From Nitrosopumilus sp. (GTDB taxonomy: Archaea; Thermoproteota; Nitrososphaeria; Nitrososphaerales; Nitrosopumilaceae), in NCBI GenBank assembly GCA_965207075.1, contig CBDBLO010000002.1:1504001-1568000 (forward strand): a DNA stretch of 64,000 bases. The letters are read 5' to 3'. The notes beneath the pieces are model-generated. The model was not told where the DNA came from. It saw nothing but the letters and a program-made list of their open reading frames with translations, and did no database searches. Made by a program: the position numbers and the translations under genes. Shown piece after piece: positions 39,248-48,877 of the stretch. Position 1 is the first letter of the stretch. The number at the start of each line of letters is the position of its first letter.

Positions 39248-41941
39248 ATGAAAGAGATATACGCGTTTGAAGAGGGCGACGGGCAGAACCGCAAGCTGCT
39301 GGGCGGCAAGGGCGCCGGGCTCTGCGAGATGACCAGGCTGAAGCTGCCCGTCCCGCCAGGATTCACCATCACCACTCAGGTATGCGACGCATACTACCGA
39401 AACGGCAAAAGCCTCCCAAGGGGACTGATGGCAAAGGTCTCAAAGCACATAGCAAGGGTGGCAAAGAAGACCGGAAAGGGGTGGGGTTCGCCGGACAACC
39501 CGCTGCTCGTATCAGTCAGGTCCGGGGCCGCTATATCAATGCCCGGCATGATGGACACGATACTGAACCTCGGCCTCAACGACGAGACCGTCAGGGGGCT
39601 TGCCGCCAAGAGCTCCAACCCGAGGTTTGCATGGGACTCTTACAGGAGGTTCGTCCAGCTCTTCGGCAAGGTCGTGTTCGGCATAGACGACAGGCTGTTC
39701 GACAACGTGATGAACGCGAAGAAAAAGGAGAAGGGGGCAGAAAACGACTCGGACCTGGACGCCGGCGCGCTGGAGGAGATCACCGTATCGTTCAAAAAAA
39801 TATGCGCCGACAGCGGGCACGAGTTTCCGACGGACCCGACGGCCCAGCTGGAGCTGGCAATTACGGCCGTGTTTGACAGCTGGATGGGGGAGAGGGCAAT
39901 AGTATACCGCGCAAAGAACAAGATTACAAAGGACATTGCGGCCGGCACCGCGGTCAACGTGGTGGTCATGGTGTTTGGCAACATGGGAAGTGACAGCGCC
40001 ACGGGCGTGGTATTCACGAGAAACCCCGGCGACGGCTCAAGGCAGATCTACGGCGACTATCTCCAGGACGCCCAGGGCGAGGACGTGGTGGCCGGCGTAA
40101 GGACCGGCAAGCACGTGAGCGAGATGAAGTCGGAGATGCCCGAGTCATACAGGCAGCTTGAAAAGACGTGCAGCATGCTTGAGAAGCACTTTAGGGAGCC
40201 CCAGGATATCGAGTTCACGGTGGAGCAGGGCAGGTTCTACCTGCTGCAGACCCGCAACGCAAAGATGAACGCGGCAAGCATGGTGCGCACGTCAATAGAC
40301 ATGGTAAACGAGAAGATGATAAGCAGGGACAGGGCCATAACCAGGCTCAACGCGGAGCAGTTGGAGCAGCTGCTGCACGACATGCCCGACCAGTCTGAGA
40401 TTCCAAAGTATGAAAAGCTGGCCACCGGGATTGCAGCGTCTCCGGGGGCCGCAAGCGGGGCGGCCATATTCGACGTCAAGAAGGCTGCCTCAATGGGCAA
40501 GGACGGCCACAGCGTCATACTGGTAAGGGAGGAGACAAAGCCCGAGGACGTCCCCGCGTTCTTCGAATCGCTGGGAATACTGACCAGTCGCGGCGGCAAG
40601 TCGTCGCACGCGGCGGTGGTAGCAAGGGGCATGGGCAAGCCGTGCATAGTCGGATGCGCCGACCTCAAGATCACGGAGACGGGGTGCACCACGTCCGGGG
40701 GCGTCCGGATATCGGAGGGCGACATAATTACGATCGACGGCAGCACCGGCAGCGTGTATGCCGGGAGCATACCCACCATAAAGCCCGAGATCACCCCAGA
40801 GTTCCGCAAGATCCTCGACTGGGCCGCCAAGGCAAAGAGGCTCGGCGTCAGGGCCAACGCCGACACGCCCGCGGCGGCCGCGCTCGCCCGCAAGTACGGG
40901 GCGCAGGGAATAGGTCTGTGCCGCACGGAGCGCATGTTCAACCAGAGCGACAGGCTCGTACTCTTTGTAAAGATGATAATGGCAGCAGACAAGGGGCAGC
41001 GTGAAAAGCTCCTCAAGAGGCTCGGCAGGCTTCAAAAGAGCGACTTTGTAAAGATACTGACTGCAATGGAGGGCTACCCGGTCACGATCAGGCTGCTTGA
41101 TCCACCGCTCCACGAGTTTCTGCCAAACCCCGAGGCGCAGGCCGCAAAGGTCAAGAGCATGGAGGGCGGCAAGGGCAAGGCGTCAAAGTCCGATTTGGAG
41201 GAGGCAAGAATCGTCCTGGAGCGCGCAAGGGAGCTGGCTGAGATAAACCCGATGATGGGGCACCGCGGCGTGAGGGTCGGGGTCACATACCCGGAGATAT
41301 ACCGCATGCAGATACGGGCCGTCTTCGAGGCGCTCGCCGCGCTCGCCAAAAAGGGAACAAAGGCAAAGCCGCAGATAATGATACCGCAGATAAGCAGCGT
41401 CGAGGAACTGGACCACGTCAAGCAGATATACGACGAGGTAAGGCGAGAGGTCGAAGAGGCAAACGGCGGGCTCAGGCTGAACGTGAACTTTGGGACCATG
41501 ATAGAGGTGGTCAGGGCCGCGCTGACGGCAGACCATCTTGCCCAGACGGCGGAGTTCTTTAGCTTTGGGACAAACGACCTCACGCAGGGCACGTTCAGCT
41601 TTAGCAGGGAGGATGTGGAGGGCAAATTCCTGCCCGAATACATGGACAAGGGGCTGCTAGAGCAGAACCCGTTCCAGTCAATCGACAGGAGCGGGGTGGG
41701 CCGTCTGATGAGGCAGGGAATACTCCTAGGACGCAAGGCCCGCAAGGACATGGAGATCGGCATATGCGGGGAGCACGGGGGCGACCCCGACTCTGTCGTG
41801 TTCTGCCACGACGAGTCCCTGAGCTACGTGAGCGCGTCCCCGCATCGCATACCGATCGCGATCGTGGCCGCCGCGCAGGCAGCCATCAAACAAAAGGCGC
41901 TCTCCAAGGGGAAAAAGAAATCCAAGGGGAAAAAGCAGTGA
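39248..41941 (+). CDS. ppdK: Pyruvate phosphate dikinase
   Basis: LGGKGAGL.EM, SVRSGA..SMPGMMDT, GG.SSHAAVVAR, GIGLCRTE, FGTNDLTQ and ICGEHGGDP motifs. Confidence 0.97.
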   Translation: MKEIYAFEEGDGQNRKLLGGKGAGLCEMTRLKLPVPPGFTITTQVCDAYYRNGKSLPRGLMAKVSKHIARVAKKTGKGWGSPDNPLLVSVRSGAAISMPGMMDTILNLGLNDETVRGLAAKSSNPRFAWDSYRRFVQLFGKVVFGIDDRLFDNVMNAKKKEKGAENDSDLDAGALEEITVSFKKICADSGHEFPTDPTAQLELAITAVFDSWMGERAIVYRAKNKITKDIAAGTAVNVVVMVFGNMGSDSATGVVFTRNPGDGSRQIYGDYLQDAQGEDVVAGVRTGKHVSEMKSEMPESYRQLEKTCSMLEKHFREPQDIEFTVEQGRFYLLQTRNAKMNAASMVRTSIDMVNEKMISRDRAITRLNAEQLEQLLHDMPDQSEIPKYEKLATGIAASPGAASGAAIFDVKKAASMGKDGHSVILVREETKPEDVPAFFESLGILTSRGGKSSHAAVVARGMGKPCIVGCADLKITETGCTTSGGVRISEGDIITIDGSTGSVYAGSIPTIKPEITPEFRKILDWAAKAKRLGVRANADTPAAAALARKYGAQGIGLCRTERMFNQSDRLVLFVKMIMAADKGQREKLLKRLGRLQKSDFVKILTAMEGYPVTIRLLDPPLHEFLPNPEAQAAKVKSMEGGKGKASKSDLEEARIVLERARELAEINPMMGHRGVRVGVTYPEIYRMQIRAVFEALAALAKKGTKAKPQIMIPQISSVEELDHVKQIYDEVRREVEEANGGLRLNVNFGTMIEVVRAALTADHLAQTAEFFSFGTNDLTQGTFSFSREDVEGKFLPEYMDKGLLEQNPFQSIDRSGVGRLMRQGILLGRKARKDMEIGICGEHGGDPDSVVFCHDESLSYVSASPHRIPIAIVAAAQAAIKQKALSKGKKKSKGKKQ

Positions 41942-41956
41942 CGGCGCTGCCGCGCC

Positions 41957-42030
41957 GGCTCCGCTCCACACTACACTACTCCGCTCCACACTACTCCACA
42001 CATCATTCCACACATCATTCCACACCACCC
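41957..42030. repeat. Short imperfect tandem repeats (CTCCGCTCCACACTAC x2; CCACACATCATT x2)
   Basis: Seen directly in the ppdK-CBS intergenic region. Confidence 0.75.
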
Positions 42031-42094
42031 CTTCCTCCAACCGCTCCCCCGCATTCTCACAAACAAAAAATAGAGACCACCCCTCCACCATTCC

Positions 42095-42655
42095 GTGCTA
42101 CCAAGGATAGACACAATCAAGCAAATGAGGCTCAAGGCGGGAGCCACGCAGAAAAAGCTCGCGGACATGACGGGCGTGAGCACCTCGATGATAAACCAGA
42201 TAGAGTCGGGGCGCACAAAACCCAGCTATGACACCGCGCGGAAGATATTCGACGCACTGGCCAAGCTGGAGGACTCGGCGGATCCCCACCGCGCGGGCGA
42301 CTTTTGCAGCAAGGACATGATCATACTGAACCCCGACTGCACGCTGCACGAGGCGATAGAGAAGATGGACGAGCACTCCATAAGCCAGATCCCCATATTC
42401 GAGGGCGACTCGAGGGTGGTCGGGGTCATCACGGAGGACGGCATAGTGAAGCGCATCACCGACGCCGGCGAGCACAGCCTCAAGAGCACCAAGCTGGAGG
42501 AGGCCATGGAGCCCGCTCCCCCCATCGTGGACTACAACACGCCCGCGAGGGCCCTGGTTCCGCTCATACGCTACTCCAAGTGCATAATGGTCTCAAAAAA
42601 GTCCAAGATAATAGGAATAATCACGGCGTCTGACACGCTAAAGATGATGGAATGA
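42095..42655 (+). CDS. HTH (XRE) + CBS domain regulator
   Basis: TQKKLA..GVS.S.I.QIE.GR..PS followed by tandem CBS domains. Confidence 0.92.
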   Translation: MLPRIDTIKQMRLKAGATQKKLADMTGVSTSMINQIESGRTKPSYDTARKIFDALAKLEDSADPHRAGDFCSKDMIILNPDCTLHEAIEKMDEHSISQIPIFEGDSRVVGVITEDGIVKRITDAGEHSLKSTKLEEAMEPAPPIVDYNTPARALVPLIRYSKCIMVSKKSKIIGIITASDTLKMME

Positions 42656-43051
42656 CTATTTCGGGTGCGAGCACAGCTCGGCAAGCACGCCGCACAGCGA
42701 CTTTGGGTGCACGAACGTCACCATGGTGCCCTCCGAGCCGGGCCTGACGTCCCCCAGGAACCTGACCCCCGCGTCCTTCATGCGGCCCACCTCGCCCTCT
42801 ATATCGGAGGTCTCAAGGGCGACGTGGTGCAGCCCCTGCCCGCGCGTATCGAGGAACTTTTTGATCGGGCTCGAGTCGCCCACCGGCTGCATCAGCTCTA
42901 TGCGCCCGTTCTCCATGCGGATTATCCCCACGCGGACGCCCTCCGACTCCACGGTCTCAAACTCGACGGAGTCGGCCCCCAGCGCCTCCTTGTAGGTGCG
43001 CGCGGCCTCGTCCAGATCGTTTACTGCGATTGCCACGTGGTCTATCCTCAT
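42656..43051 (-). CDS. mce: Methylmalonyl-CoA epimerase
   Basis: IDHVAIAV, IELMQP, GLHHVA and FVHPKS..GVL.EL motifs. Confidence 0.94.
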   Translation of the reverse strand: MRIDHVAIAVNDLDEAARTYKEALGADSVEFETVESEGVRVGIIRMENGRIELMQPVGDSSPIKKFLDTRGQGLHHVALETSDIEGEVGRMKDAGVRFLGDVRPGSEGTMVTFVHPKSLCGVLAELCSHPK

Positions 43052-43057
43052 GTCCAG

Positions 43058-44683
43058 TCAGAACACCTCCTTTGGCTCGTACTGCCCGAACACTTCCCTA
43101 AATGCGTTGCTTATCTCCCCGGTGGTGGCCGACGCCCTTGCCGCGTCGATGATGTACGGCATCAGGTTCGCGCCGCGGTCCTCGGCCGCCTCGGACAGGG
43201 CCGACATGGACCTGGACCACCGGCCCGCGTCCCTGGACGCCCGGAGCTGCTTGAGATCCTTCTTCTGCTGGCGCTCCACCTTGAGCCCGACCCGGAGCAG
43301 ATCCGGCTGCCTCTCGTCCGGATCCTCGTACCGGTTGACCCCGACCACGACGCGCTCGCCGTCGTCGGCCTCCTTTTTGAGCCTGTATGCATTCTGCCTT
43401 ATCTCGGACTGGAAGAAGCCGCGCTCGATCGCCCGGACGGAGCCGCCCATCTTACGTATCCTTCTGAGGTACTTCCACACCGCATCCTCCATCTTGGAGC
43501 AGAGATCCTCCAGGTAGTACGAGCCGGCCATCGGATCCACCGTCTTTGTGACGCCCGACTCGTGGGCCACGATCTGCTGCGTGCGCAGTGCAATCTTGGC
43601 CGACTCCTGCGTCGGAAGCGCAAGCGCCTCGTCGCGCGAGTTCGTGTGGAGCGACTGGGTGCCACCCATGACGGCCGCCATGGTCTGGATCGCCACCCGG
43701 ACTATGTTGTTGTCAGGCTGCTGCGCCGTCAGCGACTCGCCGCTTGTCTGGGTGTGAAACTTTAGCTGCAGCGACTTTGGGTTTCTCGCGTGGAACACCT
43801 CCCTGAGGATCTTGGCGTACACGGTGCGGGCCACCCTGAACTTTGCCACCTCCTCAAAGAACTCTATCGTGCAGCAGAAGAAGAACGACAGCCTCGGGGC
43901 AAAGTCGTCAATCTTCAGCCCGCGCTCAAGGCAGGTCTCGATGTATGCGATTGCGTTGGCAAGCGTAAAGGCGACCTCCTGCGTGGCGGTGCACCCCGCC
44001 TCCCTCATGTGATACCCGGATATCGATACCGGATACCACGAGGGCACCTCCCTGGCGCAGTACTCGATCATGTCCCCGATGAGCCGCATCGACGGGGCCG
44101 GCGGGTAGATGTACGTGTTCCTTGCAATGTACTCCTTGAGTATGTCGTTCTGCGTGGTGCCGCGCAGCTGCGCGGGCTCAAAGCCCTGGGATTCGCCCAC
44201 CGCGATATAGTATGCAAGCAGGGTGGACGCGGTAGAGTTTATCGTCATGGACGTGCTGACCTTGCCGAGGGGTATGCCGTCAAACGCCCGGAGCATGTCC
44301 CGCACGGACGTGATCGAGACGCCGACTTTGCCGACCTCGCCCTCGGCCTGCGGGGAGTCGGAGTCGTATCCGATCTGGGTGGGAAGATCAAAGGCCATGC
44401 TGAGTCCGGTCTGCCCCTTCTCCAGCATGAACTTGAAGCGCTCGTTTGTCAGTTTGGCATCCCCGAACCCGGAATACTGCCGCATGGTCCACAGCCTGTC
44501 GCGGTACATTCCAGGGTGTATTCCGCGTGTGAAGGGGTACCGGCCCGAGTCCCCTGCCGCTGCGGTAATGCCGCTTTTCTTGCGCGAGTAGATGCGCTTG
44601 ACCTCAAAGTTTGAGTCTGTAAAGGGGTTTGGGGCAGCCGCCTTCTTGTCGCCCCGTTTTGCCGTGGCTCCCGCTGCCATCAC
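43058..44683 (-). CDS. mcmA: Methylmalonyl-CoA mutase, large (substrate-binding) subunit
   Basis: YPFTRG, WTMRQYSGF, AFDLPTQ.GYDSD, QNDILKE, SISGYH and QSLHTN..DEA motifs. Confidence 0.95.
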   Translation of the reverse strand: MMAAGATAKRGDKKAAAPNPFTDSNFEVKRIYSRKKSGITAAAGDSGRYPFTRGIHPGMYRDRLWTMRQYSGFGDAKLTNERFKFMLEKGQTGLSMAFDLPTQIGYDSDSPQAEGEVGKVGVSITSVRDMLRAFDGIPLGKVSTSMTINSTASTLLAYYIAVGESQGFEPAQLRGTTQNDILKEYIARNTYIYPPAPSMRLIGDMIEYCAREVPSWYPVSISGYHMREAGCTATQEVAFTLANAIAYIETCLERGLKIDDFAPRLSFFFCCTIEFFEEVAKFRVARTVYAKILREVFHARNPKSLQLKFHTQTSGESLTAQQPDNNIVRVAIQTMAAVMGGTQSLHTNSRDEALALPTQESAKIALRTQQIVAHESGVTKTVDPMAGSYYLEDLCSKMEDAVWKYLRRIRKMGGSVRAIERGFFQSEIRQNAYRLKKEADDGERVVVGVNRYEDPDERQPDLLRVGLKVERQQKKDLKQLRASRDAGRWSRSMSALSEAAEDRGANLMPYIIDAARASATTGEISNAFREVFGQYEPKEVF

Positions 44684-44838
44684 TTCGTCTGCATACGACG
44701 GGTTTAAAAATCTAAGATCGTCGGCTGGCGCGGGTGCTGCAGCACGGGACGGGCACCGGAAGGGAGGGGGGCGGGGAGTAAGCGGCCAAGCCGCACGCGG
44801 GCACGCGTTGCAGGCGGCCGTAAAAGCCGGAAATCCGA

Positions 44839-45873
44839 CTAGGGGCGGCGGCGACTGCTGCTACTGCTGCTGCCAAGAAGCGATTCTGTAAGCCGGTCTG
44901 CGGCGTCAAGCGGGCTTGACTTGCCGGACGCGAGCCTCCCGATATACCTCTGCGCCGCCTTGTCAGAGTCTACCATCTCGTCCACCGCGGCGCGCACGTT
45001 TGACGTTATAATCTCCCGAAGCTCCGCGTCAAGCTTGGCGCGTCTCAGATCCCCCGTCTTTTGGGCCCTGGCCAGCGCGGCCATCTCCATCAGGGCCTTT
45101 GCGAACTTTGCAATCGTGGGACTGCGCTTTGTAGACGTCTTTAGCACCACGCGTCCGGGCACGAGTCTGGATCCCTTGCGGCCGCCGTGGGGGGCGGCGG
45201 CGGCGGTAGCAGCAGCATTGTCATTGCCGCTGCCGATCTCGGCCCTGTCAGCTATAAAGTCGCGCACCGCGTCGTACAGCCTGTCGGCCCCCTCCAAGTC
45301 GCACTTGTTCACCAGGTACATGTCCCCGATCTCAGTCAGCCCTGCCTTTATCGCCTGTATGCTGTCCCCCGTGTGCGGGTTGAACACGACCACCGTAACG
45401 TCCGCTATCGTGGATATCTCCACCTCGGTCTGTCCTGCCCCGACGCTCTCGATCATTATGGGATCAAACCCAGCGTACTCCAGCACGCGTATGCTGTTGC
45501 GCAGTGACGAGGAGACCGCCCCCGTCGCCCCCCTGGACGCGATGCTGCGGATGTACGTCCCCGAGTCGGCGGATTCCGCCATTCTGACGCGGTCTCCCAG
45601 GATGGCGCCGCCCGTGATGTGACTGGTGGGATCCACTGCAAGCACGGCCGGCTTGGCGCCCATGCGGTTCAGCGCGACCACGGTCTTGTTTATGAGGGAG
45701 CTCTTGCCGGCTCCCGCGGGCCCCGTTATGCCGATTATGACTGAGTCGCCCGTGTGCGGGAATATTTTTTTGATCAGCCTGCGCGCCCCGGCAGGGTCGT
45801 TCTCCACCAGCGAGATCGCCTTCGCGACTGCCTGGCGCCTTCCCTTTTTCAGGTCTGCCAGCATGCCGTCCAT
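44839..45873 (-). CDS. meaB: MeaB/ArgK GTPase chaperone of the B12 mutase
   Basis: GITGPAGAGKSS, AVDP.S..GGAILGDRVRM, ESVGAGQ.E and NKCD motifs. Confidence 0.92.
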   Translation of the reverse strand: MDGMLADLKKGRRQAVAKAISLVENDPAGARRLIKKIFPHTGDSVIIGITGPAGAGKSSLINKTVVALNRMGAKPAVLAVDPTSHITGGAILGDRVRMAESADSGTYIRSIASRGATGAVSSSLRNSIRVLEYAGFDPIMIESVGAGQTEVEISTIADVTVVVFNPHTGDSIQAIKAGLTEIGDMYLVNKCDLEGADRLYDAVRDFIADRAEIGSGNDNAAATAAAAPHGGRKGSRLVPGRVVLKTSTKRSPTIAKFAKALMEMAALARAQKTGDLRRAKLDAELREIITSNVRAAVDEMVDSDKAAQRYIGRLASGKSSPLDAADRLTESLLGSSSSSSRRRP

Positions 45874-46027
45874 GCAGTACACGCCAAGACACGGAATAAA
45901 ACTTGTAAGGACAGCGGGGGCGGGCGGGCGGGATCTCGCCGCGGCAGGCAGCCGCAGGGGCACCGGGGGCGCAGCCCCGACGCACGATACCAGTAAAACT
46001 AAAAAAACAACCAAAACAAGAGCAGGT

Positions 46028-46402
46028 ATGATCGAAAAGGACGATCTCGGCAAGGTGATGAGCTTTGTCGCAAGCAGGTGGGCCGCGGAGTCGAGGGATC
46101 CCGACTCAAAGCTGATGTCCGACCTGCCAAACGACTTTTGGATGAACTCGGTGGGGGGAAAGACCGCCAACGGGGGGTTCTGGGTCACATCCCTCATGTA
46201 CACGGAGAGCGAGGCCGACGCGGCTGCATTCAGGGAAGTACTGCTGAGGTGGCAGTCCCGCGGCAACAGCCGGAACGGCGCGGCGGCGGGAGGGGCGGGT
46301 GCAAGCTCGGGGCCGGACCTGATAAAGATAAGCAAGATGCGCAGCGGAAATAGCGGCGGAGGGGGCGGCGCAGAACCCCCCGGCCCGGAAAAAGAAGAGT
46401 AA
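46028..46402 (+). CDS. Hypothetical protein
   Basis: ATG 46028 preceded by AGGT and an A-rich tract; codon usage like neighbours; no family recognised. Confidence 0.6.
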   Translation: MIEKDDLGKVMSFVASRWAAESRDPDSKLMSDLPNDFWMNSVGGKTANGGFWVTSLMYTESEADAAAFREVLLRWQSRGNSRNGAAAGGAGASSGPDLIKISKMRSGNSGGGGGAEPPGPEKEE

Positions 46403-46459
46403 CCGAGCCCGCCTGCGTCGGCAACATTTTTGACGGGCCCCCGCCACGAACCACCATAC

Positions 46460-48142
46460 ATGGCGCAGGACGGATTCACCGCGAAGGAGAGGCGGGCGCT
46501 TGTGGGCCACTTCTCGAACACCGACGGCAACGTCTTTGCCATCACGACCCCCCGCCAGGTTGACCGCGGGGCCCTGATGTCAAGGTACAGCCGCACCGCG
46601 AAGGGGATGCGCCGCGTGTTCCTAGACGAGTTCCTCTCAGACGACACGCGCGGGGAGAGGTTCTACGAGAGGGTGCTCGCAGAGTACGGCGACGACTCGG
46701 TCGCGGAACTCGGCGAGGCCCAGATAGCGATAGAGGGCCTCTCAAACATAGCGGTAAAGACCATACAGGACAGGAGGATAGGGCTCTCATACCTGGAAAA
46801 GTCGTCCAGGTACGTCACCTGGAACAAGAGAGACGGCGACGGCAGGTACATGTTTTACCGCGAACCGGCCATAATGGCATCCAGACATGCAGACACGTAC
46901 GAGGAGTCCTGCAACGCCTCCTTTGACGCGTACTCGGCCGCAGTCGACCCCATGCTGAAATACGTGAGGGAGAGGTACCCCATAGGGATGTACATGTTCA
47001 GGGACTCGAAGAGTGGCCAGGAAAAACCGTATGACAAGCTGAGGCTCGAGTCCGACGCCTCCGCTGCCAGGGGCATATACAACGGTTCCACGAGGGCAAA
47101 GGCGCTCGACATACTGAGGGGGCTGCTGCCGGCGGCCACCATGACAAACGTCGGCATCACGGGAAACGGGCGCGCATTCGAATACCTGCTGTCGATACTG
47201 GGATCGTCCGGCCTGGCCGAGGAGCGAGACATCGGGGCGGCGGTAAGAAAGGAGCTTGACGGCGTGATAGGCGCGTTCGTAAAGAGGTCAGACGGCAGGC
47301 ACGGCCGGGAGCTGCGCGCGTACCTTGAGCGCGCCAGGCGCGCCGCAAAGAGGGGGGCGGCAGAGGCGCGGATGGAACCCGCGGCGCGGCCGGCGGGGTG
47401 GCTCACTACACTCGCAGAGTACGACACGGAGGAAAAGGCAATCAACAAGATAGTCGCGTCGGCCATCTACGAGCACGCCGCCGGCGCGGGCCACACGTAC
47501 GGCGGCGCTCTGCGCCGCGCAAAGAGGATACCAATGGGGCAAAAGGAGCGCATCATAAACAGTATGGCCAGGCTCAGGTCAAACAGAAGGCACAGGCCAC
47601 CCAGGGCGTTTGAGGCCGCGCAGTACACGTTTGACCTGTGCAACAACTTTGGCATGTTCAGGGACATGCACAGGCACCGCATGCTGACCATGCACAGGCA
47701 GCTGCTAACGGCAAGGCACGGGTACAGCATCCCAGAAGAGATGGACGCCATAGGCATGGGCGACGCATACAGGGGGGCGCTTGACGGCTCCAAGGACGCG
47801 TTTGAGAGGATAGCCAAGAGGCACCCGGAGCAGGCGCAGTATGTAGTCAGCTTTGCGTACAACTATCCCTATATGATCAGGATGAACCTCAGGGAGGCGT
47901 GCCACATGATAGAGCTCAGGACCATACCGCAGGGGCATGCCGACTATAGGAGGGTGGCGCAGCAGATGTACATGCAGATCAGGAGGGTGCATCCGAGGCT
48001 CTGCAGGATAATCAGGTTTGTGGACCTCAAGGAGTATGACCTTGAGAGGTTCGAGTCGGAGAAGAGGACGTCAGATAAGAGGCGCGCCGCAGACGGGAGA
48101 AGCGGCGGCGGGCGCAGGCCGCACCCCAAAACCAACAAATAG
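46460..48142 (+). CDS. thyX: FAD-dependent thymidylate synthase, tandem-domain type
   Basis: [40 protein letters not shown] and NLRE..H.IELR motifs. Confidence 0.92.
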   Translation: MAQDGFTAKERRALVGHFSNTDGNVFAITTPRQVDRGALMSRYSRTAKGMRRVFLDEFLSDDTRGERFYERVLAEYGDDSVAELGEAQIAIEGLSNIAVKTIQDRRIGLSYLEKSSRYVTWNKRDGDGRYMFYREPAIMASRHADTYEESCNASFDAYSAAVDPMLKYVRERYPIGMYMFRDSKSGQEKPYDKLRLESDASAARGIYNGSTRAKALDILRGLLPAATMTNVGITGNGRAFEYLLSILGSSGLAEERDIGAAVRKELDGVIGAFVKRSDGRHGRELRAYLERARRAAKRGAAEARMEPAARPAGWLTTLAEYDTEEKAINKIVASAIYEHAAGAGHTYGGALRRAKRIPMGQKERIINSMARLRSNRRHRPPRAFEAAQYTFDLCNNFGMFRDMHRHRMLTMHRQLLTARHGYSIPEEMDAIGMGDAYRGALDGSKDAFERIAKRHPEQAQYVVSFAYNYPYMIRMNLREACHMIELRTIPQGHADYRRVAQQMYMQIRRVHPRLCRIIRFVDLKEYDLERFESEKRTSDKRRAADGRSGGGRRPHPKTNK

Positions 48143-48169
48143 AATCACCGCACGGTAAGATTGCGCGCA

Positions 48170-48712
48170 ATGGACGACAACCAAGCATCATCATCATCAC
48201 CACCACCACCATCACCACCACCACCACCACCATCATCATCACCACCACCACCATCAAATAGGAAGCAAGAAGACAGCCACAGGAAGCCCCGTCGGGATCC
48301 AGGCGGCAGCAGCGCCCACGCAAGGACCCCGGACGAGTGGAAGAAGGTACTCGAGCCTGACAGGTACGAAGTGTGCATAAACCACGGGACGGAGCCGCCG
48401 TTTTCCGGCAGATACGACAGATACAGCCCCGATGGCAGGTACATGTGCGCCTGCTGCAGGGCAGAACTGTTCTCTTCCGACGCAAAGTTCGACTCGGGAT
48501 CTGGCTGGCCTAGTTTTTGGAGGCCCGCGTCTGATGGCAACATAGAGTACGTGCAGGACACCTCCTACGGCATGACGCGCACAGAGGTCAACTGCGGCAG
48601 GTGCGGGGCCCACCTCGGGCACGTCTTTGATGACGGGCCCGCGCCCACAAACCTCAGGTACTGTATCAACTCGCTCTCGCTGATACACGAAAGCGACTGC
48701 AGGGGCGGATGA
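48170..48712 (+). CDS. msrB: Peptide-methionine (R)-S-oxide reductase
   Basis: GTEPPF, KFDSGSGWPSF, RTEV.C..C.AHLGHVF.DGP and RYCINS motifs; poly-Ser/Pro N-terminus. Confidence 0.95.
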   Translation: MDDNQASSSSPPPPSPPPPPPSSSPPPPSNRKQEDSHRKPRRDPGGSSAHARTPDEWKKVLEPDRYEVCINHGTEPPFSGRYDRYSPDGRYMCACCRAELFSSDAKFDSGSGWPSFWRPASDGNIEYVQDTSYGMTRTEVNCGRCGAHLGHVFDDGPAPTNLRYCINSLSLIHESDCRGG

Positions 48713-48877
48713 CCGCTGCAGGGGCGGACTGCTACCAGTCTTGCCGCTGCAAAGGATCGGGACGGGCAAGCTGCGGTGAGCTGCTGAGGCCTGCAAAGAC
48801 GGCGGCCTGAAAGGACAAAAGGCACGTGCGCAACCGTTCGGCCTCCTCCCCCGCTGTGCGCCCGCCGCCCGGTCAAG

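Noticed and set aside
45874-46647. Long N-terminal extension or fusion of MeaB
   Set aside because: It is antisense to the 46028-46402 ORF and thyX, a high-GC shadow frame. MeaB homology starts near 45873.
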